From: Candidatus Latescibacterota bacterium
Lineage (GTDB): Bacteria; Latescibacterota; UBA2968; GCA-2709665
DNA: 64,000 nt
NCBI GenBank assembly: GCA_965116875.1
Contig: OZ220733.1
Span: 4,928,001-4,992,000, forward strand
Reading direction: 5' to 3'
Made by a program: the position numbers and the translations under genes. The notes under the pieces were generated by a model. The model was not told the DNA's origin. It saw only the letters and a program-made list of their open reading frames with translations, and ran no database searches. This document shows, piece by piece, positions 1 through 10,644 of this stretch (the first letter of the stretch is position 1; every line of letters begins with the position of its first letter).

Positions 1-1
1 G

Positions 2-889
2 ATGGTCCTGCACTACGGCGACCTCACGGATACGGCGAATCTGATTCGAATCGTCCAGGAGGTGCGACCCGACGAGATCTACAATCTGGGTGCGCAAAGC
101 CACGTGGCGGTGTCCTTTGAGACCCCTGAATACACGGCGAAAGTGGCTGCATTGGGGGCGTTACATCTGCTCGAAGCCATCCGCATCTGCGGCCTGGCGG
201 ATCGAACCCGTTTCTACCAGGCATCCAGTTCGGAGATGTTCGGCAAGGCAGCCGAGACTCCCCAGAGGGAATCCACGCGGTTCTACCCTCGATCGCCTTA
301 CGCCGCAGCCAAGGTATACGCCTACTGGATCACGGTGAATTACCGCGAGGCATATGAAATATTCGCCTGCAACGGCATCCTGTTCAATCACGAGTCCCCC
401 GTTCGGGGGGAGACGTTCGTGACCCGGAAGATCACCCGGCGACTGGCGCGCGTGACGGTCGGATTGGACGAATGCGTGTACCTCGGCAATCTGGACGCGA
501 TGAGAGACTGGGGCCATGCCCGGGACTATGTCCGGGCCCAGTGGCTGATGTTGCAGCAGACCGCGCCTGACGATTACGTCATCGCATCGGGACACCAGCA
601 TTCTGTTCGCGCATTCGTAAACCTTGCCGCCGAATATCTGGGGCTGGAGCTGGAGTGGCGCGGGAATGGCGCCGACGAAGTCGCGATCAATACGGCAACG
701 GGAGGCGCTGTTGTGCGCATCGACCCAAGGTACTTCCGGCCGACCGAAGCACAGTCACTCCTGGGCGATGCGTCCAAAGCGCACAGGAAACTCGGCTGGC
801 GCCCGATGATCAGTTTCGAAGACCTCGTCCGGGAAATGGTCGATGCCGACCGCAGCCTGGCAGAGCGCGAGGCGTCCGCGCAGCTTTGA
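2..889 (+). CDS. gmd: GDP-mannose 4,6-dehydratase (5' truncated by the window edge)
   Basis: [46 protein letters not shown] and [10 protein letters not shown] motifs. Confidence 0.97.
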   Translation: MVLHYGDLTDTANLIRIVQEVRPDEIYNLGAQSHVAVSFETPEYTAKVAALGALHLLEAIRICGLADRTRFYQASSSEMFGKAAETPQRESTRFYPRSPYAAAKVYAYWITVNYREAYEIFACNGILFNHESPVRGETFVTRKITRRLARVTVGLDECVYLGNLDAMRDWGHARDYVRAQWLMLQQTAPDDYVIASGHQHSVRAFVNLAAEYLGLELEWRGNGADEVAINTATGGAVVRIDPRYFRPTEAQSLLGDASKAHRKLGWRPMISFEDLVREMVDADRSLAEREASAQL

Positions 890-996
890 AAACAGATCGA
901 ACTGGATTCGCAGCGTCTGCAAACTCGCGTTCCGGCACCCGGGAAGCGGGTCAACCGGCAGAAACGAAGGCCACTTCAAGGAGTTCAGTCAGATCC

Positions 997-2280
997 ATGG
1001 GCGACAGAACGCTTTTTGATGCATCATACGAAAAACGCAGGAACCCGCTGCTGCAGCAGGTGCTGGAGCGGCTGTACCCGATATACTCGTCTGAAGAGCG
1101 CGAGGTCATACGTATCGATTCCATCAGCAGGGTGCTGCTCTCGCGCCCGTCGGGGCGGGGCTTTGTCAACCGCGACATCCTCGAAACCGTACTGGGAAAT
1201 CTGCTCGAATGCGTCGCGCCCGGCTCCCATAACGTCCAGGCGGCCGGACCGTCTGACAGTCTCGAGGATGGAATCGGCGAAATCGCGGACCAGATCTATG
1301 CGATGATCGTGCAGTCTTTCCTGGCCGCCGAAGGAAACGGCAGAGATATCGAAACCCCGGCCCTGGACGCCACCTTCTCGCTCCTGTCGGACCTGCCCCA
1401 CCTCAAGAGCCGCGCACTGTGGAACCGGTTCGCTTCGTTGAAGGATCCGGCGGTATGGGATGCCTATGTCATGGGCAAACACAGGAGCCGCATGGGAAAG
1501 CTGGCGGACCTGGACCACGGTCCCGTTCTGGATGCCGCGATTGATTCACGTGATTTCAAACCATATCGGGATTTTCTGAAGACTCAGAATCTGGACTTTG
1601 CATTCGACTATCTCATGCAACTCGTGATCAGCACCTATCCCGGCTGGCGCGTACTCTTCTATCATGACGTCGCCCACGCCCTTACCGTGTCCGGCCCCGC
1701 GGACGGTCTGCCGGACGTCGAACGGATACCGGTCCCTTTGTTGCCTCGCGCAATTTCGGAACTCGGCGGCCGGTATTATCAGGCCGACCTTCACCCCGAA
1801 ACCGTGATCGGGGATGCAAACTTCCTGGATCATCCACACCGGGGCCTGACAACCGGCCAGACCGGTGTGATCGGTTCGGGCTGTTACATCTATCCCTGCA
1901 CGATGGGCGGCCTCAGCGGCAGAGTCAGGCATCGGCATCCTGAAATCGGGGACCACGTTCAAATCGGGACCGACGCCACCCTCCTCGGGCCCGTCAGAAT
2001 CGGCAACCATTCGACTGTGGGGCCGAATACCCAGGTGTACGGCTATGTACAGACGGACACGGAATGCCGAATCGCCTCGTCGGTTGTGGTCGGCACCGTC
2101 TTGAGCGGAGACAGGAGGCCGGGAAAAGTCTGTCTTGGCAAGGGGGTCCGCGTGGGCGACGGAACCGTGATCGAAAACAGCACCGAGCTCGACCTGATCA
2201 TACCCGACAAGGCGGAAATCCCCGCCAGAAGCCATGTCATTAACGACGGATTCGGCAATCCCCGTTTCGTACGGGAATAA
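997..2280 (+). CDS. Divergent serine O-acetyltransferase (CysE/EpsC)-like left-handed beta-helix acyltransferase with long N-terminal region
   Basis: YPG..HDVAHAL, PLLPRAISE, DLHP, FLDH, TMGG and RHPEIGDHVQIG follow the CysE pattern, then hexapeptide repeats. ATG at 997 has AAGGAG upstream; the ORF-track start at 655 overlaps gmd. Confidence 0.7.
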   Translation: MGDRTLFDASYEKRRNPLLQQVLERLYPIYSSEEREVIRIDSISRVLLSRPSGRGFVNRDILETVLGNLLECVAPGSHNVQAAGPSDSLEDGIGEIADQIYAMIVQSFLAAEGNGRDIETPALDATFSLLSDLPHLKSRALWNRFASLKDPAVWDAYVMGKHRSRMGKLADLDHGPVLDAAIDSRDFKPYRDFLKTQNLDFAFDYLMQLVISTYPGWRVLFYHDVAHALTVSGPADGLPDVERIPVPLLPRAISELGGRYYQADLHPETVIGDANFLDHPHRGLTTGQTGVIGSGCYIYPCTMGGLSGRVRHRHPEIGDHVQIGTDATLLGPVRIGNHSTVGPNTQVYGYVQTDTECRIASSVVVGTVLSGDRRPGKVCLGKGVRVGDGTVIENSTELDLIIPDKAEIPARSHVINDGFGNPRFVRE

Positions 2281-2344
2281 AAGAACAGCGGAGCCTGGAC
2301 GTCAAATGCTCCGCTTCACCGGATCCCGGGCCGTTTCCTGCAAT

Positions 2345-3172
2345 CTACTTCCGCGACGGAGCGTCCGGCGCTTCCCTGTGGAACTGGATATCGGCATACC
2401 AGGTGGACGCCCGGCTGTTCGTATTGTCGGTGTCCGTCATCAGATAGACCCGTAAAATCTTGCCCGGCTCCTCCCCCGGGTATCCCCGTTTATAGTCTTC
2501 GTAGAGATTCCGCGCCTCCGGCACCCACTGCTTCATGCGGGTCCGCCCGCTTTCCACGACGATTCGCCGCCACGACAGCTTCCAGACAAACGGGATAATG
2601 GTGGTTTCGGTCTTGAACATCAACGACTCCGGCAACGTGTTGGACCAGACGTACGCAATCTCACGGATTTTGTTCGTGCCCTTTTCAAGGATCGCAATGC
2701 CCAGTTTCGCATTGAAGTCGTCGTCCCGCTTGTTCAGCTTGCCACCCTTCTCCAGCCGCTGGCGGCCGATCGTCGAATAGTCCACCTTCCACCGCCAGGT
2801 CAGATAGGGGTTCTCAGACACGTCGATCAGCCTGTCGAACCCCTGCTTCCTGATGATGCTTCCGAATTCTCTCGGCGGGCGCTTGCACTGACCGATCCAC
2901 GGATATCGGATCGGGTCCAGCGCCATCGGTCTGCCTGATCGTGTCGGGATCTGCCAGAGAAGCGCGGCCGACCCCTCGCTGACGAATCGCACCGCATTGT
3001 TCGCGTACTGAAACTTCGTCTTTGAATCGCACTCGGCCCAGTCTCTTTGCAGCCATGAACCCATATCGACCCGCAACCCGCCGCCTCCCGCATTTGCAGC
3101 TTCAAAGGCTACGCCAGCGCACCAGGAAAGCGTGAAGCAGGCCATCCAGCATGTCCGCCGGACATTCAGCAT
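2345..3172 (-). CDS. DUF3047 family exported protein
   Basis: Signal-peptide-like N-terminus; PYLTWRWKV, DDFNAKL, IAYVWS, RNLYEDYKR and LMTDTDNT motifs. Confidence 0.8.
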   Translation of the reverse strand: MLNVRRTCWMACFTLSWCAGVAFEAANAGGGGLRVDMGSWLQRDWAECDSKTKFQYANNAVRFVSEGSAALLWQIPTRSGRPMALDPIRYPWIGQCKRPPREFGSIIRKQGFDRLIDVSENPYLTWRWKVDYSTIGRQRLEKGGKLNKRDDDFNAKLGIAILEKGTNKIREIAYVWSNTLPESLMFKTETTIIPFVWKLSWRRIVVESGRTRMKQWVPEARNLYEDYKRGYPGEEPGKILRVYLMTDTDNTNSRASTWYADIQFHREAPDAPSRK

Positions 3173-3196
3173 ATCGCTATGTACTCAACCGACGGA

Positions 3197-4312
3197 TTAC
3201 ACCGACGAGATTTCATTGTAGACCCCGATCGTCTTTCGCGCACAGTCCTGCCAGTTGAATCCGGCCGCCCGACGCCGTCCACTGACCGCAAGACGTTCCC
3301 GCAACGCCTCATCGCGAATCAGTCGCGTCATCCCGCCCGCGATGGACCGGACGTCCATCGGGTCGACAAGAACCGCTGCGTCGCCGGATATTTCCGGAAG
3401 CGACGACGCATTGGACGTCAATACGGGACAACCGCTCGCCATTGCTTCGATTACGGGTAGTCCGAATCCCTCGGCAATCGATGGAAAAGCGAAGAACATG
3501 GCTTCCTCGAAGCAGGCGCGAACCTGGCCATCACTCAGCTGCTCGGTAAATATGACGTTTCGATCGATCCCAAGGTTCCGGGTGAGTTCAGCCAGAGTAC
3601 CGTAACCATCGCCCCGTCCGCTGATCAGCAGGGACAGATCGGCACATTGCTTCGAGACCTGGCCGAATGCTTCGATCAGACGTCGGATGTTCTTGTACGG
3701 TTTTGTGTTGCCCAGTGAGAAGATGAACCGCCGGCCCCGGCAGACATCGGGAAGTTCGCGGGAATCGTCGTTGTCCGCGCAGGACCCGTCGCTTCCGTGA
3801 TGGATCACCGTGAATCTGGAAGGCGGCCCCGGGTATCGCGCGAGCGCGTCCTGCCGTGTCGTTTCCGATACCGTGATCACGTGATGTGCTTTTCTTACGG
3901 AACTGCCGATCCAGGGACCCGCGAATCGCCGCGCCATCCAGCCTCGCCAACGCGCTTCATAGGCAATATCCGGATAATTGATCCAGATCAGGTCATGCAG
4001 GGTAAGGACGATCCGCCTGGCGCAAACACCCAGGGGAAGAAGATGAAAGAGACAATGATAGATGTCGGCCTGAAGCGGGTTCACAACTCTGGCCCCCCCG
4101 AGGAGATTTCGACCCGTTGAGATCCCGAATGGAACAGCGATGTCGGTAAAATTGGGCTGTACCACAATCGGACGCGGGTAGGACGCCCGCCTGAGCAGCA
4201 GGTACTCGTTGTGCCGGTCCAACCGGGCGATCTCCCGAACCAGGCTGAACGCGTACCGGCCCACGCCGGTTTCCACGTCACGGATCTCGCGCGCGTCAAT
4301 ACAGATTCTCAC
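3197..4312 (-). CDS. Glycosyltransferase family 4 (MtfB-like)
   Basis: TGVGRY, TLHDL, KNIRRLIEAF, FPSIAEGFGLPVIEAMASGCPV. Confidence 0.95.
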   Translation of the reverse strand: MRICIDAREIRDVETGVGRYAFSLVREIARLDRHNEYLLLRRASYPRPIVVQPNFTDIAVPFGISTGRNLLGGARVVNPLQADIYHCLFHLLPLGVCARRIVLTLHDLIWINYPDIAYEARWRGWMARRFAGPWIGSSVRKAHHVITVSETTRQDALARYPGPPSRFTVIHHGSDGSCADNDDSRELPDVCRGRRFIFSLGNTKPYKNIRRLIEAFGQVSKQCADLSLLISGRGDGYGTLAELTRNLGIDRNVIFTEQLSDGQVRACFEEAMFFAFPSIAEGFGLPVIEAMASGCPVLTSNASSLPEISGDAAVLVDPMDVRSIAGGMTRLIRDEALRERLAVSGRRRAAGFNWQDCARKTIGVYNEISSV

Positions 4313-5841
4313 CCCGCCTCCTTTTGGAAGATACGTCTGATCCGGCGATAGACCCGCAACCCAAACTGCTTTTCTTCCTCTTCAATACCAAGCAGAAAGA
4401 GAAATCCGCCGAATGCCAGAAAGACCAGCGCGGCGTGGCCCAGAACATCCCACAGCGGCGCGACCGGAGCGCGAGGTTCAAACGCCATCATCAGCGCTGC
4501 GGTGGCGAAGCCGGCAAGCAAAGGCTTGCAGAGTTTGATGGAAAACGCATGAACGTTCAACCGGCGAAACACCCACCATGAGGAGAGCGCCGGCGACAAA
4601 AATGCCGTGAACGTGGCGCCGATTGCGGCGCCCGTCGGGCCGAACCGTCGTACCAGGACGTACGTGCCCACCCCGCTGGTCAGAAGCGTTACGATTCTCA
4701 CGCCCATGAGCGCGTCGGGATGCCCGGTCATGACCAGAACATAGCCCGACAGACCCAACAAACCGGTTGCGGCGGCCCCGAACAACAAAATCAGCAGCCA
4801 CGTGTATCCGGATGAGAATTCGGGTCCTACGAATGCGGCAATCCGGCTTCCGTTCAAGGCGAACACGAGCAGGATTGGAATGGTGGCCAGCGTCACCCAT
4901 CGTGTCACAAGCTTGAAGAATTCGTCCAGGCGCGAGATCTCGCCCCGGGCGTGGTATTCCGCAAAGAAAGGGTTCGCGATTGGATCGAAGGCGCCGGAAA
5001 TGGCGCGGACGATTCCGGCCAGTTGAATCATCACGCCGTACACGGCGATGGTTTCGGGTTCGATAAACGATCCGACAATCACGACGTCCAACCGTCCATT
5101 CAGTTCCGCGATCAGGTCGATCAGAAACATCGACAGTGAAAAGCGGAAGAGTTTGCGCTCCAGCCCATTCCCCTTTCCGGACCATGATCGCCATGGATAA
5201 AACCTGAAAACCGGCACAATGGAACAGAAGAACACGACGGCTGTTGCAACCAGGTACGCCGCGCAGATCCCGGACAGGTCCATCCCGAGAACGTAAAACA
5301 AAATCGCAAAACCGATCAACAGTGCGGGTTCGGTGAGTCCTTTGACGTACAGCTGGTATTCCATCACCTTGTGAGCGATCGGTATCTGCAGCAGCAATCC
5401 GCCGACGGTCTGGAAAAAGACGACAAATGCCATCCACCGGAGTGCGGTTTCCACGCGCTCCCGACCGATCAGTCCCCCCAGCGCGTCCGAAAAGAGATAG
5501 CAGCCCAGGCTTACGACGAGGCTCAGCACGCCTCCCGCGAACAGGGCGCTTCTGACACACCCGAGGGCCCGGCGTTTTTCGCCCCTGGATTCATGATGGG
5601 CCACCTGCCGCAGCATTGCCTTGTCGAGACCGAAGAATGCGAATCTGGAGAACAGATTCACCCAGGTCCAGGCGAGATAGTAGAGTCCATAGGAGGCAGT
5701 GGAATAAAGACGGGCGGCAAGGAGATAGAACGCCGGACGGCCCAGCTTCGAAAACAGCGCCAGGAGATTGACGCCCACGCCGCGGGAGAGCGTCGCCAGA
5801 TCCAGCGCGTTTCGCGCCTCTTCCTCGCAATGGTCAGCCAT
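4309..5841 (-). CDS. Oligosaccharide flippase (Wzx/MATE-like)
   Basis: Multi-pass hydrophobic protein with LAARLY..YGLY and GPTGAAIG. ATG at 5841 overlaps the GT2 stop. Confidence 0.88.
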   Translation of the reverse strand: MADHCEEEARNALDLATLSRGVGVNLLALFSKLGRPAFYLLAARLYSTASYGLYYLAWTWVNLFSRFAFFGLDKAMLRQVAHHESRGEKRRALGCVRSALFAGGVLSLVVSLGCYLFSDALGGLIGRERVETALRWMAFVVFFQTVGGLLLQIPIAHKVMEYQLYVKGLTEPALLIGFAILFYVLGMDLSGICAAYLVATAVVFFCSIVPVFRFYPWRSWSGKGNGLERKLFRFSLSMFLIDLIAELNGRLDVVIVGSFIEPETIAVYGVMIQLAGIVRAISGAFDPIANPFFAEYHARGEISRLDEFFKLVTRWVTLATIPILLVFALNGSRIAAFVGPEFSSGYTWLLILLFGAAATGLLGLSGYVLVMTGHPDALMGVRIVTLLTSGVGTYVLVRRFGPTGAAIGATFTAFLSPALSSWWVFRRLNVHAFSIKLCKPLLAGFATAALMMAFEPRAPVAPLWDVLGHAALVFLAFGGFLFLLGIEEEEKQFGLRVYRRIRRIFQKEAG

Positions 5842-6904
5842 TACGCCTCGCAGATCCGCCCCCCCGGCATGATTTCCGATACAGACCCATCCCGATGCGG
5901 ATTCCCCGTACAAGCGCCTGCAGCTTCCGCGGCATCGTCCACCAGTAACCGGCTGCGCCAAAACGACCGCGGAGAATAAAGAAACGGACGAACAGATTCA
6001 GAATAAAATACGGTACAAGCCGTGCGTCACAGTGTTTCCGCCAGAAGTATAACTCGTTGGCATAGGTCAGCGGGTCGGCCGCCTGATCAGAAACGCGGCA
6101 GCCTCCGTAGGGCGCTGCATGGTGGAAGACAACGGCTTCAGGTTCGAAAACCATGCGGCCGGCTCCGTACTCGAGATAGCGGAGACAGAAATCCGTCTCT
6201 TCCCGAAGCTGGCTGCCGGCGAATTGCTCGTCAAACCCGCCACAGCGCAGCGCCTGTCTGCGAAGGAAGGAAAGATTGCCTCCCCCTCCATGCATGACGC
6301 TCCGGCGGCGCGTCGCGTAGAAATTCGAGATCACGTGACCGTACCAGGTCACTTCGCCGCAACGCCTCGGCTCCCGTCGTCCCTGGCTTCGCGAACTGAT
6401 GATCCGGCCGGCAACGGCGCTGACGCCGCCGGAGGCGTAGTTGCGCATATGCATCGAGATGAAATCGACAGGCAAGTCAACGTCGTCGTCAAGGCAGAGA
6501 ACCACCGTCCCTCGTGCGACATTCATTCCAAGGTTCTTCGCTCGGGTCCCGCACGCCGTCTCCGTACGAATGTACCGGATGCGCGCACGGATGGACGCCA
6601 GGAAATTCGTTATCTCGGGCGGGTGTCTGTCTGTCTGATCGACGACGATGATTTCGAACGAGGGGTAGGACTGGCGCAACACCTGCTCCAGCGTTCTCTT
6701 CAAAAACACCGAGCGGTTGTACGTTGGGATAATGACCGATACGTGTATCATTCCGGAGGCAGTTCGATCGGGGTATCGGGTACAGGACGACATCGTCGAC
6801 CGGATAACGTCGGACTGGAGGCGTGACCGGGTAAACCCTTCGCCCGCACCGCGGTCCGCAGGCGCGGCCATAGCCGAAATGCGGGACGTACATTCCCTAT
6901 TCAT
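5834..6904 (-). CDS. Glycosyltransferase family 2 (true start probably near 6751, MIHVSVIIPT)
   Basis: VSVIIPTYNR, IIVVDQ, LCLDDD, GGFDEQF, EETDFC. Confidence 0.92.
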   Translation of the reverse strand: MNRECTSRISAMAAPADRGAGEGFTRSRLQSDVIRSTMSSCTRYPDRTASGMIHVSVIIPTYNRSVFLKRTLEQVLRQSYPSFEIIVVDQTDRHPPEITNFLASIRARIRYIRTETACGTRAKNLGMNVARGTVVLCLDDDVDLPVDFISMHMRNYASGGVSAVAGRIISSRSQGRREPRRCGEVTWYGHVISNFYATRRRSVMHGGGGNLSFLRRQALRCGGFDEQFAGSQLREETDFCLRYLEYGAGRMVFEPEAVVFHHAAPYGGCRVSDQAADPLTYANELYFWRKHCDARLVPYFILNLFVRFFILRGRFGAAGYWWTMPRKLQALVRGIRIGMGLYRKSCRGGGSARRNG

Positions 6905-7979
6905 CCAGCACGGGCAGCTCCGCGGATGGCGCGCCGGACGCGCAGAACGAGATGACCCGGTCGTCCAGGGAAGCTCCGTTCAACTCCCGGTAGTACGCAA
7001 ACAGGTACTCATTCATGTACCCTGCGTACCTGCCTCCCCTCGCCTCCGCCCACTCACAGACCCTTCTGTCCGGACCCGTGACGTCGTACCACTCACGAGC
7101 CAGTTTGAGCACCCACGTATCCACGGGCACGGCGTCAAGCCGTTCAAGCGCAAACAGGTCTATGCACTTGCCGACCTTCAGTCCGACACCGGTACCAGCC
7201 TGTTTTTTCAATGCATCCACGATTTCACGCCAGTCTTCCAGGGACAATTTTCCCGGATCGCCTCCCGCACAACCGGCGACAAACCGGGCCGTCTCAGCCA
7301 CGCGTTCGGACCGCCATCCGAAACGGTTGGCTCGGAAGTACGAACCCTCCAGCCGCGCCAGTGCTCCGGGTTCGGGAAACGTACAGTACTTGCTTCCCAT
7401 GAAACCGACTTCGCGGCCCCACGATTCAGCCAGGAAATTGACCCGCCGTTTGGTCAGATTCATATGGGCCTGCACCGACAGGATATACGAAATCACGCAT
7501 TCGAAAGGCATCTGCCGGACAAACCTGAATCCCTTCAGCAGATCACGCGCCCGGCGCAGGTACCCGTCTCTTCCAGGGACGCGAATCCGGGGTCTTTCGT
7601 TCAATCTCAGGTACCACTCGAGAAATCCGGCAACGGTCATTTCCCCCTGATAGGTCTGGACGCGTGACGCCGCGGCACGATACAGCAGCGTATCGCCCAC
7701 CTGACGCAGATGGAACACCGTATCGTAGGCAACACCTTTCCACCATCCATCCAGGTCCCGGCCCCACCGGAAAACCTGTCCTCCGGCCAGCGTATGCCCC
7801 AGATGGAAATGCCTGGTTTCAATATGGCCGGCTACAGTCTGACGGGAGGAGGCGCGGTTTACCCGCAGATCCGCGGCAACCCGTGCTTTCTCCGGCGCCA
7901 CGGGCCCCCGCCGGCGGTGCTTTATTGAAATCTCACCCATTTCGCTATCCATTATAGGTATTTTGATGGGATGCGGCAA
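6897..7979 (-). CDS. 8-oxoguanine DNA glycosylase (OGG_N plus HhH-GPD); start uncertain
   Basis: FHLGHTLAGGQVFRW, RQMPFECVISYILS, GVGLKVGKC, AVPVDTWV, YAGYMNEYLF. Confidence 0.85.
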   Translation of the reverse strand: MPHPIKIPIMDSEMGEISIKHRRRGPVAPEKARVAADLRVNRASSRQTVAGHIETRHFHLGHTLAGGQVFRWGRDLDGWWKGVAYDTVFHLRQVGDTLLYRAAASRVQTYQGEMTVAGFLEWYLRLNERPRIRVPGRDGYLRRARDLLKGFRFVRQMPFECVISYILSVQAHMNLTKRRVNFLAESWGREVGFMGSKYCTFPEPGALARLEGSYFRANRFGWRSERVAETARFVAGCAGGDPGKLSLEDWREIVDALKKQAGTGVGLKVGKCIDLFALERLDAVPVDTWVLKLAREWYDVTGPDRRVCEWAEARGGRYAGYMNEYLFAYYRELNGASLDDRVISFCASGAPSAELPVLDE

Positions 7980-8232
7980 GTTTCCAGTTTTCCCTGAGGC
8001 ATTACAGCAATTGAATGCCGCTGTTCCTTTCGGGAGCGGGGCTTGCGTCCGACCGGCGCCCGGGGCCGCCCGACCTCTGAAATGTCGGCCGCTGCAGGTG
8101 GAAATTCGAAGGCTTCACCCTCCGATCCCTCGCTTGACTCCGCCCGGGTATCCGTTTATGTTAACGAAGATGCTGCCTTCGCGTTGCATGAACACTTGCT
8201 GCAATACCTGATCTCCCGGTACAGGATTTCAC

Positions 8233-10602
8233 GTGAACACGCCAGGTCGACTCTCCTCAGAAACGCCACTCCTCGAGGAAATCCCCGAAGACGTTCTTGC
8301 CGCCGCGCGTGCGGTTCTCGGACCGGACGAGGAGATCCTGCTCTCCGCCGCCACCGATTTGAGGTTCGACGGTTCCTATGGGGAAGCCTGGCTCGTGGCG
8401 ACCCGGCGCCGGCTGATGGGAATCAGCCCGTCTGATCCCGGACCGCCGGAGACCGTATGCGTTCCGCTCGTTGACATCGACCGCGTGGAAGTCCGGGAAC
8501 TCTTCGGCAGCGGGGTTCTGAGGGTCTCGACGCCGGGAAGCGGCGCATCCCTGGCCTTTTTTACAAAGTCCCTGCTCTCCAAGTTTTCGCAGATCCCACC
8601 CCGGATCGAGCGGTTCATCCGTCAAGCCAAACCCGTACCCGATGACACGCGGATTGTCAAATCCAGCGTTGACGTATTGGCCGGCCGCAGGAAGCGCTGC
8701 GAAAGATGCCAGCAGGTGATCCCGCACTGGATGGGCGTCTGTCCGATGTGTCTGGATTCACGCAAGCTGTTCTTTCGTCTCCTGGGCTACGCGAAGCCTT
8801 ATTGGCAGATGGCCGTGGGCAGTCTCCTCCTCCTGCTCACCGCCACGTTCATCGGCCTCACGCCGCCTCTGCTGATGCGAACCCTGATCGACGATGTACT
8901 TGTGGGCGTCGGGGACGGCCCGACGCCGGCGGCGACCCTGATTCCCGCCGAACCGCGTTCTTCAGTTCCAAGGAGTCAGGCGCCGGATCAGGCGCCTCCC
9001 GCGGGGACCGACCGGCGCACGCTGCTTGCCGTGCTGGTGCTGCTCCTTCTGCTGGTCAACGTATCCCGAAACGGGCTAAGCGCCGTTCGCACGTATCTCC
9101 TTGCAAAGCTCGGTCAGAGAATCACTTTCGACCTTCGCAAGGAAGTCTATCGACATCTCCACTATCTCTCGCTCAGTTTCTACAATGAACGGGAGACCGG
9201 GAGAATCATGTCGAATATCACACAGGACGTGAGTCGACTTCAGGACTTCATCTCGGACGGCCTCCAGGAAATCATCAGGGACATCGCCACCATTGTCATC
9301 ATCTGCATCATTCTCTTCTCCCTCAACCCCGGATTGGCGGCGTTCGTCCTGCTGCCCACCCCCCTTCTGATCCTGTTTACACGGCACTTCGGACGAAAGC
9401 TGCACGAACTCTATCATGGTCTCTGGCGCCGGTGGGCGGACATCCACGCCCTGTTGGCGGATACGATCCCGGGGGTGCGTGTCGTAAAGGCGTTTGCCCA
9501 GGAAAAGCGTGAGGTAAGCAAGTTCGAGAACAGGAGTTGGGGCCTGCTCTCGGGCGAAGTCCGCGTAGCGAGGGTTCGAAGCGTCTTTACACCGATAATG
9601 ACGTTCCTCACCTCTCTGGGTACCCTTATCATCTGGTGGATGGGCGGCAACAAAGTCCTTGGCGGTACCCTTTCTATCGGCGAATTCGTGGCCTTCACCG
9701 GATACATGTGGCAATTTTACGGTCCGGTGGAAAGCCTGTGCCGCCTCAACCACCGTTTCCAGCGCGCGGCAACGTCGGCCGAGCGGATATTCGAAGTCCT
9801 CGATACACAGTCCGACGTCGCAGACAGGCCCGACGCCGTCACCCTGCCGCGAATCTCGGGCTCCGTCGAATTCACCGATGTTACGTTTTCATACGAGCCC
9901 GGAAAACTCATCCTCAAAGACGTGAATTTCAGGGTGGAACCCGGGGAAATGATCGGGCTGGCGGGCCACAGTGGCGCCGGGAAGAGTACGCTCATCAACC
10001 TGATCTGCCGTTTTTACGATATTCAGAACGGCACCATCCGGGTCGATGGACAGGACATCAGGGAAGTCACATTGAAGTCCCTCAGGGCCCAGATCGGCGT
10101 GGTGCTGCAGGACCCGTTTCTGTTCAACGGTTCCGTTGCGGAAAACATCGGCTACAGCAAACCCGACGCCACGCTGGATGAGATCGTTGCGGCCGCAAAA
10201 GCGGCAAATGCACACGATTTCATCCTGGATTTTCCGGAAGGATACGACACCTCGGTGGGCGAACGGGGCCTTCGCGTCTCCGGAGGTGAACGCCAGCGCC
10301 TTTCCATCGCGCGGGCTATATTGAGAAACCCCCGCATTCTTATCCTGGACGAAGCCACGGCCAGCGTGGACACGGAGACCGAAGCCCAGATACAGGACGC
10401 CATCGCCCGTCTCATCACGGGCAGAACCACATTCGCAATTGCCCATCGCCTGTCAACGTTGAAAAATGCCAACCGTCTGCTGATCCTTGACAAAGGCGAA
10501 CTGGCGGAGATGGGTACGCACGACGAACTTATCGGGCAGGACGGGATCTATGCCCGCCTCTGCCGCATGCAAACCGAAATGTCCAGACTGCGCGCCTGGT
10601 AG
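8233..10602 (+). CDS. ABC exporter (fused TMD plus NBD) with N-terminal extension and CxxC...CxxC motif
   Basis: GHSGAGKS, VSGGERQR, ILILDEAT, IAHRLST; CERC...CPMC precedes the TMD. Confidence 0.93.
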   Translation: MNTPGRLSSETPLLEEIPEDVLAAARAVLGPDEEILLSAATDLRFDGSYGEAWLVATRRRLMGISPSDPGPPETVCVPLVDIDRVEVRELFGSGVLRVSTPGSGASLAFFTKSLLSKFSQIPPRIERFIRQAKPVPDDTRIVKSSVDVLAGRRKRCERCQQVIPHWMGVCPMCLDSRKLFFRLLGYAKPYWQMAVGSLLLLLTATFIGLTPPLLMRTLIDDVLVGVGDGPTPAATLIPAEPRSSVPRSQAPDQAPPAGTDRRTLLAVLVLLLLLVNVSRNGLSAVRTYLLAKLGQRITFDLRKEVYRHLHYLSLSFYNERETGRIMSNITQDVSRLQDFISDGLQEIIRDIATIVIICIILFSLNPGLAAFVLLPTPLLILFTRHFGRKLHELYHGLWRRWADIHALLADTIPGVRVVKAFAQEKREVSKFENRSWGLLSGEVRVARVRSVFTPIMTFLTSLGTLIIWWMGGNKVLGGTLSIGEFVAFTGYMWQFYGPVESLCRLNHRFQRAATSAERIFEVLDTQSDVADRPDAVTLPRISGSVEFTDVTFSYEPGKLILKDVNFRVEPGEMIGLAGHSGAGKSTLINLICRFYDIQNGTIRVDGQDIREVTLKSLRAQIGVVLQDPFLFNGSVAENIGYSKPDATLDEIVAAAKAANAHDFILDFPEGYDTSVGERGLRVSGGERQRLSIARAILRNPRILILDEATASVDTETEAQIQDAIARLITGRTTFAIAHRLSTLKNANRLLILDKGELAEMGTHDELIGQDGIYARLCRMQTEMSRLRAW

Positions 10603-10644
10603 CCCCTGGCGTGTTCATGCCGACCGCAGACCCGGTGAAACGAA

